NCBI GenBank assembly: GCA_963799245.1
Contig: CAWCWN010000003.1
Span: 1,556,463-1,620,462 of the forward strand
Reading direction: 5' to 3'
Length of the DNA stretch: 64,000 bases
Source of the DNA: an uncultured Chloroflexia bacterium
Lineage (GTDB): Bacteria; Chloroflexota; Ktedonobacteria; Ktedonobacterales; Ktedonobacteraceae
The stretch's first letter is position 1; each line of letters begins with the position of its first letter. The position numbers were made by a program, and so were the translations under genes. The notes under the pieces are model-generated. The model did no database searches. It was given only the letters and a program-made list of their open reading frames with translations, and was not told where the DNA came from. Below are positions 48,674 through 58,508 of this stretch, one piece after another.

Positions 48674-49953
48674 TGCGCGTACTGGTCATAGGTTCAGGCG
48701 CGCGCGAGCACGCCCTGATCTGGAAACTGGCGCAGAGCCGCCGCGTCAGCGCGTTGTACGCCGCTCCCGGCAACCCGGGGATGGCGGCATATGCCGAGTG
48801 TGTCGCATTAGAGGTTACCCGGCTTGCGGAACTGGCCAGTTTTGCCCGGCGCCAGCGCATCGATCTGACCATCGTGGGTCCGGAAGTGCCGCTGGTTGCA
48901 GGCATCGCCGATGTTTTTCGCCGCAGTGGTCTTGCCATCTTTGGACCCGGGGCCAGCGCAGCGGCCCTGGAGGGCAGCAAAGCTTTTGCCAAGCAGCTGA
49001 TGAGCGCAAGCTCCATTCCTACCGCCCGCTATGGCACTTTTAGCAGCGCTCCCGCGGCTTTGCACTACCTGGAACGGCACGGTGCGCCCATCGTCGTCAA
49101 GGCCGATGGCAACGCGGCAGGCAAAGGGGCTATCGTCGCCCTTGATTTGCCGACTGCGCGAGCCGCTATTCATGCAATGATGATCGAGCGCGTCTTCGGC
49201 GCGGCTGGAGATGTGGTCGTCCTCGAGGAATTCTTACAGGGCGATGAAATCGGCTCGACTGCTATCTGCAATGGCACCCAATTTCTCCCCCTGGCGCTCA
49301 CGCAGGATCACAAGCGCGCCCTTGCTGATGACCAGGGCCCCAATACCGGGGGCATGGGAGCATTTGCACCACTGCCCTTTGTCGACAAGGCCCTGGAGCA
49401 AGAGATCCACGAGCAGATCATTGCTCCTACCCTCCATGCCCTCAAACAGCGCGCCATCGACTTCAGCGGCGTCCTCTATTCCAACATCATGCTGGCCGCG
49501 CGTGGCCCGGTGGTCCTGGAGCACAACACCCGTTTTGGCGACCCGGAGACGCAGGCCCTGATGCTGTTACTGCGAGCGGACCTGCTGGATGTGCTGGCCT
49601 TTGCCCAGGGTGTAGCGGATAGACCTATCACTTCCGAACAGCTCTGGCATGCTGGTCACGCGGTCAGCCTGACGCTGGCTTCGGGAGGCTATCCCGCTCA
49701 ATACCGCACAGGCTTTCCGATCACGGGCATTGATGAGGCCAGCCGTGTTGAAGGCGTCCAGGTCTTTCACGCCGGCACGGCCCTGCAGGGAAGCCAGCTG
49801 GTCACAGCGGGAGGGCGCGTGCTCAGCGTTGCGGCTTATGGCAGCACGCTGCCCGAGGCGGTGAACAGGGCATATAGGGCGGCGGAGCATATTAAATTTG
49901 AAGGTATGCATTATCGTCATGATATCGCAAAACGAGGATTGCGAGCAGGATAA
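48673..49953 (+). CDS. purD: phosphoribosylamine--glycine ligase
   Basis: MRVLVIGSGAREHAL...KADGNAAGKG... Confidence 0.95.
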   Translation: MRVLVIGSGAREHALIWKLAQSRRVSALYAAPGNPGMAAYAECVALEVTRLAELASFARRQRIDLTIVGPEVPLVAGIADVFRRSGLAIFGPGASAAALEGSKAFAKQLMSASSIPTARYGTFSSAPAALHYLERHGAPIVVKADGNAAGKGAIVALDLPTARAAIHAMMIERVFGAAGDVVVLEEFLQGDEIGSTAICNGTQFLPLALTQDHKRALADDQGPNTGGMGAFAPLPFVDKALEQEIHEQIIAPTLHALKQRAIDFSGVLYSNIMLAARGPVVLEHNTRFGDPETQALMLLLRADLLDVLAFAQGVADRPITSEQLWHAGHAVSLTLASGGYPAQYRTGFPITGIDEASRVEGVQVFHAGTALQGSQLVTAGGRVLSVAAYGSTLPEAVNRAYRAAEHIKFEGMHYRHDIAKRGLRAG

Positions 49954-49963
49954 GGGATATAAA

Positions 49964-50443
49964 ATGTCTTCACAGGTTATCATTATAATGGGCAGCAAGG
50001 CTGATCTGTCCCACGCTCAGGCTATAGGTAAAACACTGCAGGCGCTTGCCGTCAATTACCAGTTGCGCGTCTGCTCGGCCCACAAAGCCACACGACGCCT
50101 GCTGGAAATACTACAGGAGTATGAGCAGGCCGGCCCCCTGGTCTATGTTACTATCGCGGGGCGCTCCAACGCCCTTTCGGCCGTTGTAGATGCCAACACG
50201 CGCTATCCTGTTATAGCCTGTCCACCTTATAGCGAGCGGTTTGCTGGCATGGATATCCTTTCATCACTGCGCCTCCCCTCCGGCATCGCCTCACCCACAA
50301 TTCTTGAGGCGGAAGGGGCCGCATTACTCGCCGCCAAGGTGCTGGCCCTCGCCGATGCGCAGCTGATGCAGCGCCTGCTCGCCTATAGAGAGCGTTTCGC
50401 GGCAGAACTTTTACAGGCCGATGAAGAGGTTCAACGGGCATGA
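49964..50443 (+). CDS. purE: N5-carboxyaminoimidazole ribonucleotide mutase
   Basis: VIIIMGSKADLSHAQ...SAHKATRRL...IAGRSNAL. Confidence 0.9.
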   Translation: MSSQVIIIMGSKADLSHAQAIGKTLQALAVNYQLRVCSAHKATRRLLEILQEYEQAGPLVYVTIAGRSNALSAVVDANTRYPVIACPPYSERFAGMDILSSLRLPSGIASPTILEAEGAALLAAKVLALADAQLMQRLLAYRERFAAELLQADEEVQRA

Positions 50444-51171
50444 GCTCTACCTCACAGCACGGCTTCGCCCGGGAAATCTCGCAGCGTAAACATGGACGGG
50501 ATGATGCGGCCGGGCCTGAGTGCCCCACGCTGCGTGTGGGTGTACTCATCTCAGGCAACGGCAGCAATCTGCAGGCACTGATCGATGCCAGCGCGCTTAA
50601 ACAACTGCCCGGCGTCGCAATTGTCCTGGTGATCAGCAACAATGCCCATGCCCGGGGCATACAGCGCGCCCTGGAACATAATGTACCACTTGTCTATCTG
50701 CCCTGGGAGAAGCGCAGCAGCGCGGCAAATAAAGGCGAGATGTCCGCCAGTGAGGGCAAACTTGCTGCGCTGCTGCGCCTATTTCAGGTCGATCTTATTA
50801 TACTGGCTGGCTGGATGCGCATCCTGAGCGCGCCCTTCCTCGAACAATTTCCCCTGCAGGTCATCAACCTCCACCCTGCGCTTCTCCCCGATGACGGCAA
50901 AGGCCATACCTTTACGACCAGAGACGGGACAGTCATTCCTGTCTTCCGCGGGCTACATGCCGTTCGCCATGCCCTCCAGGCAGGTGTAAAGGTCACAGGC
51001 AGCTCTGTTCACTATGTCACTCCCGAGGTTGACGCGGGTCCCGTCATCTGTCGTGCAGAGGTTCTCATAGAAGCCGATGACGACGAAGAGAGCCTGCATG
51101 AGCGCCTGAAAACAGTTGAGCACCGCTTAATCGTGGAGGCGGTGCAGATATATCGCGAGCGGCCGGCGTGA
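50440..51171 (+). CDS. purN: phosphoribosylglycinamide formyltransferase (has ~30-aa N-terminal extension in this ORF; real start may be an internal GTG)
   Basis: RVGVLISGNGSNLQALID...LAGWMRIL...INLHPALLP. Start overlaps the purE stop (ATGA). Confidence 0.85.
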   Translation: MSSTSQHGFAREISQRKHGRDDAAGPECPTLRVGVLISGNGSNLQALIDASALKQLPGVAIVLVISNNAHARGIQRALEHNVPLVYLPWEKRSSAANKGEMSASEGKLAALLRLFQVDLIILAGWMRILSAPFLEQFPLQVINLHPALLPDDGKGHTFTTRDGTVIPVFRGLHAVRHALQAGVKVTGSSVHYVTPEVDAGPVICRAEVLIEADDDEESLHERLKTVEHRLIVEAVQIYRERPA

Positions 51172-51329
51172 TACGGGCGGCCGCAAAGAAACCCTGCCTG
51201 CGGCCCCAGTCAACTTGCTATGCGTCTCCTGATAGGCTAAACTAAACTGCATAAAAAAGCGCCTGCTGCGCTTGTCCCCGGCTGCGCAGGCAGGGAGAAT
51301 ACAGGAAGGAGCAGAGGAAGCTTCCCCGC

Positions 51330-52547
51330 ATGAGTCTCTGGGATAAGTACGACAATCGGATGACAGCTGCACCTGGCGCGCGCTATAGGCGGACACGCCA
51401 GGTGTCGCAACAGGCTATCGTGTCGTCTACACGCAAATGGCTGCTGCTGGACTACGCTCCTGCGTATTGCCGCGCCCTGGGGGCCGCTCGTCTCTATCGC
51501 CGCTGCTACTGGGTAGACGCCTGGGGCTTCGCTCGAGGGGCGTCTCAGGACCCTTCCGCCACGCAGGCCGTGCTCGCGCTCTCAAAAGCACTTGCACACG
51601 AAGATAAGCCGCTAACCTTCAAGGGACTGTTTTTAGATGCAGGCAGTAGCAGGCGCAGAAGGAGTGGAGTCATAAATGGCGTTACCGCCCGGCAAGCGGA
51701 AAGCTCACAGCATGAGGTGCTGCCCGGGGAGAGCGACATCCTGCGCGCGAACTGGCCGGAAATTGCGCCGGCCCTCCTCAAGGAGATCGAACACGTCCCG
51801 GCGATCTTCTTGCTCAATCCTTTCGGGCTAAACCCGTTCACGTACGACGACCTGGCCCTGCTCTACCAGCGCAGTTCGGCCCCCACCGAACTCTGTCTCC
51901 TTCTCGTGCACAGCCAGCTTGAGATGCACGCGGCAACTGCCTCGCGTTCGGCGGCGCCGGCCGCCTCTTTGACTGCGCTGCTGCGCACGGACCGCTGGAA
52001 GGCCCTGCTCGTCCGCGGCGAGGGCTCAGGATTTGATGCCTCCACCATGGTCGATTTACTGCAGGCCTCGATGCGCCAGCATTTTCGCTGGGTTCAGCCC
52101 ATCCCCCTTTCTGTCCAGGTGCGTCCAGCCGTTGTAGAAGCGCTGCCCTGCACACTCCTCTTCGCGAGTCGTCACAGGGATGGCCTGCTGAGTATGAACG
52201 ATGCCCTGTGCGTCCACCGCCGTCGTTTATATGCCACCAGCCATCAGGGCATCCTGGCGGAAGATTGGTTCGCGCAACAGGAATATGAGCGCTTTGCCGC
52301 GGCCATCCAGCAGCTCAGCCAGCGCGTCTTGCAGCTTGGCCAGGCGCAGCGTGCTCGTCGCTGGCCGGAGCTGCGCCTGCAGCTTCTCCTGGAGCACTTT
52401 GGCCAGTTTACGCTGCACGATTACGATGAAGTCATCTGCGACCTGCTTCTCAAGCAGAAAGTGCGTTGTGAGTGGAGATCGCCCGCGCCTGCAAGCGATT
52501 TCCAGCGGCGCGTACCGGGCAATGAGGACAATATGTTATGGAAGTGA
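51330..52547 (+). CDS. class-I methyltransferase-fold protein related to RlmJ/DUF519 with variant motifs (motif I LFLDAGSS; motif IV LLNPFG instead of DPPY); 405 aa with N- and C-terminal extensions
   Basis: KPLTFKGLFLDAGSS aligns with RlmJ KPFLYLDTHAGAG. VPAIFLLNPFGLNPFTYDDL aligns with RlmJ LILIDPPYEMKTDY. Assignment from memory alignment only. Confidence 0.35.
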   Translation: MSLWDKYDNRMTAAPGARYRRTRQVSQQAIVSSTRKWLLLDYAPAYCRALGAARLYRRCYWVDAWGFARGASQDPSATQAVLALSKALAHEDKPLTFKGLFLDAGSSRRRRSGVINGVTARQAESSQHEVLPGESDILRANWPEIAPALLKEIEHVPAIFLLNPFGLNPFTYDDLALLYQRSSAPTELCLLLVHSQLEMHAATASRSAAPAASLTALLRTDRWKALLVRGEGSGFDASTMVDLLQASMRQHFRWVQPIPLSVQVRPAVVEALPCTLLFASRHRDGLLSMNDALCVHRRRLYATSHQGILAEDWFAQQEYERFAAAIQQLSQRVLQLGQAQRARRWPELRLQLLLEHFGQFTLHDYDEVICDLLLKQKVRCEWRSPAPASDFQRRVPGNEDNMLWK

Positions 52548-52669
52548 AAAAAGAGGTGTTACTAGGGGGAAACGCTGGGCATGGGGAATCCCAACGTTTT
52601 GGTAACACCTCTCAGTATAGGAACGTTGGGCTTTGGTGTTTGGTGGCATAAAATGGTAGAAAAATACTA

Positions 52670-53905
52670 ATGATGGAAAGAAACAAGAAAGAAAGGAACA
52701 CTCTAGAGCAAAATACAGTTGTTCTGCAAAATGCTCTTCATGCTCTCATTCCGACAAAAGATAGAGCTCGACTTGCACCATTGTTGAAATGGGCGGGGGG
52801 GAAGGAGCAAGAGCTAAAACACATTTTGCCTCTGCTGCCGGCTTTTGCTAACTATTATGAACCTTTTGTGGGCGGGGGCGCGGTATTCTTTGCCATCCAG
52901 GCCCCACAGAAATTTATTAATGATAAATCGCCCGAGCTTTGCAACTTTTACAGCGCCGTCGCCCGCCAGGATCGGGCGTTCTTCCATGCCCTGGATGCAT
53001 TCGTGCATGGTTGGCAGGCCATCAGCCAGCTGGTCGATGATTACACTTTGGAACTTATCAATATATATAAGGCGTATTCTACAGGCGCCTGCTCAGCGGA
53101 AGCAACAAGGATCTGCCTGCTCGGGTTTCTACAGCGCCATAGCCGGGAGTTCGACGAGATGCTTGCGGCAATTTTGTACCTGGACGGTGATAACTTTATG
53201 CGTGAGCTGCAGAGGAATGTGCTGGGCAAAACCAGGCGCATGCAAGCGCTGGAGCAGCGAAAATGGCTGCTGTCCGAGCACGATATCGCCATGAATATTG
53301 AAGGCGCCTTTAAAAGCGCCTTTTATATGCATCTCAGGTATCTCTACAACCGTATTGGCGCATACCACATGGAGTCGGGCCTGGCCGCAGCCATCTTCTT
53401 CTTCGTCAGGGAGAACGCCTATGCCTCGATGTTCCGCTACAACCAGCGCGGTGAGTTCAATGTTCCCTACGGTGGCGTATCCTATAATCGCAAGGATGTC
53501 GCGCGTAAAGTTGCCTACCTGCGCTCGCCCGCGCTGCAGCGCCACATGCACGGCACCACGCTTGAAAACCTGGACTTCGAGGCATTTTTGCTCAAACACC
53601 CTCCCCAGGCCGGTGATTTTGTCTTCCTGGACCCCCCCTACGACAGCCGCTTCAGCACCTACGCGCAAAACGAATTTGGCCCGCGGGACCAGGAGCGCCT
53701 GGCCCGCTACCTCATCGAACGCTGCCGCGCAAAATTTATGCTGGTGATCAAAAATACTCCGCCTATACTTGAGTTATACACTCATGCGGGCCTTACGATC
53801 AGGACCTTCGATAAAAAATACCTGGTAAGTTTTCAGGACCGCAACCGGCGAGATGCGCAACATTTGATCGTAACCAACTACCAGCCACAGCTACACTCAA
53901 CCTGA
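52670..53905 (+). CDS. Dam-family (D12 class) N6-adenine DNA methyltransferase with ~100-aa internal insertion and N-terminal extension
   Basis: LKWAGGK, EPFVGGGAVF, RYNQRGEFNVPYG and FLDPPYDSRFSTY motifs are collinear with E. coli Dam. Residues ~100-220 are not in canonical Dam. Confidence 0.75.
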   Translation: MMERNKKERNTLEQNTVVLQNALHALIPTKDRARLAPLLKWAGGKEQELKHILPLLPAFANYYEPFVGGGAVFFAIQAPQKFINDKSPELCNFYSAVARQDRAFFHALDAFVHGWQAISQLVDDYTLELINIYKAYSTGACSAEATRICLLGFLQRHSREFDEMLAAILYLDGDNFMRELQRNVLGKTRRMQALEQRKWLLSEHDIAMNIEGAFKSAFYMHLRYLYNRIGAYHMESGLAAAIFFFVRENAYASMFRYNQRGEFNVPYGGVSYNRKDVARKVAYLRSPALQRHMHGTTLENLDFEAFLLKHPPQAGDFVFLDPPYDSRFSTYAQNEFGPRDQERLARYLIERCRAKFMLVIKNTPPILELYTHAGLTIRTFDKKYLVSFQDRNRRDAQHLIVTNYQPQLHST

Positions 53906-54071
53906 TGGACCAGTTCTTCTTTGAATGTTTCAACTCATACCTCCCCTACCATAAAAGCTGACTAACGGGTATAATTACGAAAAATGCTGCAAGGGAAAGA
54001 AAGACTTAGGGCGGGGAAGGGTCCTGAACAGGAAAGAGGAATTTTACTTTGTCACGAAAGAATAGATACCC

Positions 54072-55994
54072 ATGGATAACACTACACCAACCGAACCATT
54101 TGAAGAGCAGCCGCAGGATGAGGCTTTTCTGCAGGATGGCAGCGAAGTCAGGGAGAGGCTGGACGTACATCCCATGACGCATACAGCGGTGAATACGCTT
54201 TTCGAAGATGAAGATCGCAGGCATGAAGCCGGTAAACGCGATGTAGACCTGTATATACGTACATACAATACACTTATGCGCAGTTCAGGCGAAATAAGTC
54301 TCAAGGCCCTGGTACAGGTGCACTATAATATCGATTCAAGCCTGCACCCGGAGGCCCGCTCTCCCTATCCCGATATGTCGGCCTTCATTTACAGCGTTCT
54401 GCGCCTGCCGGCCTCAATTATTCATTGTAACCTGGTCCTGCTGGGGCAGTCTGAAGAGGTATTCCAGCAGCAGGGCTTCAATGTTGACGCCTGGCACGCG
54501 GTTACCGCTTCTGCCCGGCGGCGTAAATGGTTTTATGATGGCAAGGAGACCCTGGCGGTCTATGTCGCGAGCGTCAGTGATACCGATGATATCGTGCCCA
54601 TTCTCGTGGCCTTCCAGATCGAGTGGAACAAATTGTACTACCTGCTCAATGCCGATCCCAGCACCATGCAGCTGCTGGAGACACGCATGGACCGCACCTC
54701 GCCGGTCTTTGCTGAAATCACGAAGGTGCTGCGTGAGCGTGTGCACATCAGTGAGGAGGACTGGCGACGGCTCGAACTCATCTGGGGCGGCCGCCTGTGG
54801 GAAAATTTCCTCACGATCGGACGGCAGCGCAAGAGTTTCCTGCTGCGTATGCTGGGAGGCTCGCACGTGGGCTATGTGCGAGCCACGCGTAAATGGTGGG
54901 CCCCGGTCGAACAACTGCTGAACGATAAACTTGGTTTCCAGCAGCGGCCCGTCTACTTTGTCTCCAGCAACACGCACAGCCTCATGAATCTGATGTCTGG
55001 CTCGCTGCTCAACCGCCAGGAAGAGCTCACGCAGTTTGCTCTCAGCGGACAGGACCCCTACCTTGCCGATGAGTGTCGCAAGCTGCAGCAGGGCACCGTT
55101 CCGGGCAACTGGCAGAACTTTCTCTTCTTTGCCGCCCGGGAATGGATGCGTACCCCGGCCGGCAAAGAATTTGCGCGCAATCGCGGCCGCGAGGAGCAGG
55201 AACGCGGTATCTGGCATGTAGGGGCGCGTCATGGCCTGGAGATAGATGCGCAGGTGTTTGAGCTGGCGCGCCTGCGCCCGCTGGAGATCGATCCCCGCTG
55301 CCGCATACCCGCTATGGATAGGCTGGTGCAGAGCCAGGCTATCATCCTCAATATCGATTATCCGCTGGGGATGGCCGCCTACCGTATGCTGCGAGAAATC
55401 ATGGAGAACCTGACCCAGATTCGTGGCGTCTACATCCTGGGCAAGGCTGCCACGCTCAATGGCAGTATCGGCGATGTCATGATCTCTAACGTTGTCCTTG
55501 ACGAGCACAGCCAGAATACCTACTGGTTGGACAACTTCTTTATCGCCCAGGACGTCCAGCCTTACCTGATCTACGGCTCGGTGCTCGATAATCAGAAGGC
55601 TGTTTCCGGCAAAGGCACGTACCTGCAGAATCGCCAGTACCTGGATTTCTATTACCGCGCGAACTACACAGTGGTGGAAATGGAGTGCGGCCCCTACCTC
55701 AATGCCGTCTACGAGGATCAGTACCTGATGCGCTACCCGACGGGGGAAAATATCAACTTTGCCCGTTTGCCTTACGAACTGGGCATCCTGCACTACGCCT
55801 CGGATACCCCTTATACACGCGGCAAGAACCTGGGGGCAGGCAGCCTCTCCTACTTTGGCATGGATTCCACCTATGCCTGTGCCGTCGCCATCCTGCGCCG
55901 CATTTTCGCAAACGAGATCCAGGCTGTAAAGCAGAGGGATGAAAATACAGTTACCGTCGCGCTGGAGCAGGAGGTAGAGACAAAGGTATCATAA
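54072..55994 (+). CDS. AMP-nucleosidase-like protein (PNP_UDP_1 catalytic domain at C-terminus; long ~420-aa N-terminal region)
   Basis: C-terminus IILNIDYPLGMAAY...VYILGKAATLNGSIGDVMISNVVLDEHS...VVEMECGPYLNAV...ILHYASDTPY is collinear with E. coli Amn LVNIGVGPSNA...VWLMIGHCGGLRESQAIGDYVLAHAYLRDDH...AIDMESATIAAQ...LLCVSDKP. N-terminus not recognisable. The antisense 459-aa ORF is rejected. Confidence 0.6.
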   Translation: MDNTTPTEPFEEQPQDEAFLQDGSEVRERLDVHPMTHTAVNTLFEDEDRRHEAGKRDVDLYIRTYNTLMRSSGEISLKALVQVHYNIDSSLHPEARSPYPDMSAFIYSVLRLPASIIHCNLVLLGQSEEVFQQQGFNVDAWHAVTASARRRKWFYDGKETLAVYVASVSDTDDIVPILVAFQIEWNKLYYLLNADPSTMQLLETRMDRTSPVFAEITKVLRERVHISEEDWRRLELIWGGRLWENFLTIGRQRKSFLLRMLGGSHVGYVRATRKWWAPVEQLLNDKLGFQQRPVYFVSSNTHSLMNLMSGSLLNRQEELTQFALSGQDPYLADECRKLQQGTVPGNWQNFLFFAAREWMRTPAGKEFARNRGREEQERGIWHVGARHGLEIDAQVFELARLRPLEIDPRCRIPAMDRLVQSQAIILNIDYPLGMAAYRMLREIMENLTQIRGVYILGKAATLNGSIGDVMISNVVLDEHSQNTYWLDNFFIAQDVQPYLIYGSVLDNQKAVSGKGTYLQNRQYLDFYYRANYTVVEMECGPYLNAVYEDQYLMRYPTGENINFARLPYELGILHYASDTPYTRGKNLGAGSLSYFGMDSTYACAVAILRRIFANEIQAVKQRDENTVTVALEQEVETKVS

Positions 55995-56004
55995 AGCGAG
56001 AACT

Positions 56005-57021
56005 TCATACGTCGATGATGCCCTCCATCTCATTTTTGGGATCTCGCATCATCAGTTCAGGTACCGCTTTACGCGGATCTAATTCCTCAAACAGCACCAG
56101 GCTGAGCTGCCTGGTAATGGGCATCTCGACGTCGTAGTGGGCAGCCAGTTGTAGGGCCGCCTTGGTCGTGTAAACCCCCTCGGCCACACTATGCATGGAA
56201 TTCAGGATGGCCTCAAGTTTCTCTCCCGCGGCCAGTCGTCTCCCCAGGTGCTGGTTACGGCTCAAAGGGCTGGCGCACGTGGCGATCAGGTCACCGATAC
56301 CGGCCAGGCCGGCGAAAGTTAGAGGGTTGGCCCCTGCGGCGGTGCCCAGGCGAGTAATCTCGGCGAGGCCGCGAGTTATAAACGCTGCCTTGGCGCTCTC
56401 ACCGTAGCCCATGCCGTCGTTGAAGCCCGCTCCAATGGCGATGATATTCTTAAGCGCTCCCCCCAGCTCAATGCCTACCAGGTCGGTGGTGGTGTAGACA
56501 CGAAAGTGGGCCGTGTTAAGGAGCGTGCGAACCTGTACCGCGACCTCTTCATCGTACGCGGCCACGACGGTGGCGGCCGGCTTTTCCTGAGCCACTTCGC
56601 GCGAGATGTTTGGTCCGCTCACGGCCGCGATGCGCCTTTGCGCCTGGGGCAGCCCTTCGCCGATCACCTCGGTCATGCGTTTGAGGGTGTTTATCTCGAT
56701 ACCCTTGCTGGCGCTGACCAGGAGCGTCTCTTTATCGACATAAGGGGCGAGCAGGCGCACATTCTCGCGCATATACTGCGATGGTGTTACAAGCACCAGC
56801 ATATCCTGCCCCTGGGCGGCCTCGGCGATGTGAGAGGTGACGTGCAGGCCGGCGGGAAAACGGAAACCGGGTAAAAAAACAGTATTCTCGCGCCTCTGCT
56901 GCATCTCTATAGCTCGCGCGGGATGATGTTCCCACAGCGTCGTCTCTATGCCTTTTTTCGCCAGCAGCATAGCCAGTGTAGTTCCCCAGGCACCGCTGCC
57001 AATGACGCCAACTGATATCAT
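56005..57021 (-). CDS. gpsA: NAD(P)H-dependent glycerol-3-phosphate dehydrogenase
   Basis: MISVGVIGSGAWGTTLA...GALKNIIAIGAG... Confidence 0.95.
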   Translation of the reverse strand: MISVGVIGSGAWGTTLAMLLAKKGIETTLWEHHPARAIEMQQRRENTVFLPGFRFPAGLHVTSHIAEAAQGQDMLVLVTPSQYMRENVRLLAPYVDKETLLVSASKGIEINTLKRMTEVIGEGLPQAQRRIAAVSGPNISREVAQEKPAATVVAAYDEEVAVQVRTLLNTAHFRVYTTTDLVGIELGGALKNIIAIGAGFNDGMGYGESAKAAFITRGLAEITRLGTAAGANPLTFAGLAGIGDLIATCASPLSRNQHLGRRLAAGEKLEAILNSMHSVAEGVYTTKAALQLAAHYDVEMPITRQLSLVLFEELDPRKAVPELMMRDPKNEMEGIIDV

Positions 57022-57097
57022 GTCTCTTTACTCCTGCCGGGTAAATTGCGCCCGGGTGTCGCTCACAAGTTGCCCTTATTGTAGCATAAGTTAGGAG

Positions 57098-57125
57098 GGA
57101 AGGAAGGAAGGAAGGAAGGAAGGAA
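57098..57125. repeat. tetranucleotide microsatellite (GGAA)7
   Basis: gggaaggaaggaaggaaggaaggaaggaagagg seen directly, ~75-100 nt upstream of the gpsA start (minus strand) and 3' of the LysM-CHAP gene. Confidence 0.9.
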
Positions 57126-57201
57126 GAGGTACAGGCTCAGGCTGGCAGGTAAGTACAGGGGGCAGGACCGTAAGGGGCCGTCCCCTGTACTCCAGGAAGC
57201 G

Positions 57202-57930
57202 CTAGAAACGGATAAAACTTACACCCCTGCCCGGCGAAAACTGCACATATGTCACCCGCGAGCGGTTCACTCCCCAGTTCATATTACTTGCGATCACATT
57301 GCCGTTCCACAGGACTCTTTCCACCACGGCTACATGGCCAAGGCCGTATGCGCCCTGGACCCAGGGTTGGAGAACTACAATGTCACCTGCTTGGGGCGTG
57401 CTGGAGACTATCCAGTGGAATTCATGCGCGCGATTGTCCCAGGCCCAGGCATCCGAGTTGATCGTCCACGGAACAAAGATGCCATGCAGCTCGTGGTAGC
57501 GCAGATTGGCCCACCACGTGCACTGCCCGTGAGGGAAAAAGTCGCCCCGGCCAATGATTGGCGCGAATGTTGTGCGTGGCACGAATGTTGTACGTGGCGC
57601 CGGCGCTGCGCCTCCACCTGGTATGCACACGGTCTGGGCGACGTAAATGAGGTTAGGGTTGGGGATATGGTTATAGCCTGCAAGGCGCCTCCATGAGGTG
57701 TTGTAGCGGGCGGCTATCCTGGACAGGTTATCACCTCTCACAACAATGTAAGGATGGTCGCCGCCGGAACAAGGGGCCTGAGCAAAAGCTCCAAATATCT
57801 GCTGGCCCAGAATGCCGCCCAGTAAGGACAGTCCAAGTACTGCCACCACGCTTATATGCCCCACTACTACACTCGCTATCCGGTGTTGCTTACAATACTG
57901 CCAGACTCGCTGGTATTTGCGCATATACAC
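57202..57930 (-). CDS. LysM plus CHAP domain peptidoglycan hydrolase with N-terminal signal anchor
   Basis: YIVVRGDNLSRIAARYNTSWRRLAGYNHIPNPNLIYVAQTVCIP (LysM). GQCTWWANLRY...GLGHVAVVERV (CHAP Cys/His). Confidence 0.8.
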   Translation of the reverse strand: MYMRKYQRVWQYCKQHRIASVVVGHISVVAVLGLSLLGGILGQQIFGAFAQAPCSGGDHPYIVVRGDNLSRIAARYNTSWRRLAGYNHIPNPNLIYVAQTVCIPGGGAAPAPRTTFVPRTTFAPIIGRGDFFPHGQCTWWANLRYHELHGIFVPWTINSDAWAWDNRAHEFHWIVSSTPQAGDIVVLQPWVQGAYGLGHVAVVERVLWNGNVIASNMNWGVNRSRVTYVQFSPGRGVSFIRF

Positions 57931-58387
57931 GTCAGCCTCTTTCTCATCTGCTATTTAATCCTTCAATTAACGAGCAGACAAGCTCCTTTTATCTGCCTAT
58001 AAATTTAATGTATAAGCTTCACATATTAGCGCATTGGCATGCTATATCACTATGAGGCACTGTGAGAGATACAAGCGAGCGGCTAATTCGCGACGCAGAA
58101 AAAATACTGCCTAAATTTGGGTGGCCCGGTATACTGAAAAGAGGAGGTGGTGGTATTGTCGCCTCTGAGCGAGATTCCTCCTGTGCGTTCTAGCACATAA
58201 TTGCATGAAAAAAGACGAATATGCGGAGTTGCGGTGGAACTCAGACACAAGCCCTGCGCTTTAGCGCTAGGGTCTCTGACTCCTCATAGATCCTCTTCAC
58301 ACCTGTTGAAAAGGCGTGTAGCTTCACTGGCGTATAGGGCTTGACGGATGAAATAAGACATGTTATATTGTGGCACGTACCACACAG

Positions 58388-58463
<76 letters not shown>

Positions 58464-58508
58464 AGCTACTCAAGCGACTTCAAGCTTTGAGTATCGGTAA
58501 TACTACAC

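Noticed and set aside
54414-55793. 459-aa minus-strand ORF opposite the AMP-nucleosidase-like gene
   Set aside because: Long but compositionally typical of GC-rich antisense frames. The plus frame aligns collinearly with E. coli Amn catalytic domain.
57094-57130. (GGAA)7 considered as a CRISPR-like or mini-satellite array
   Set aside because: No spacers and unit length of 4; it is a simple SSR, reported as such.
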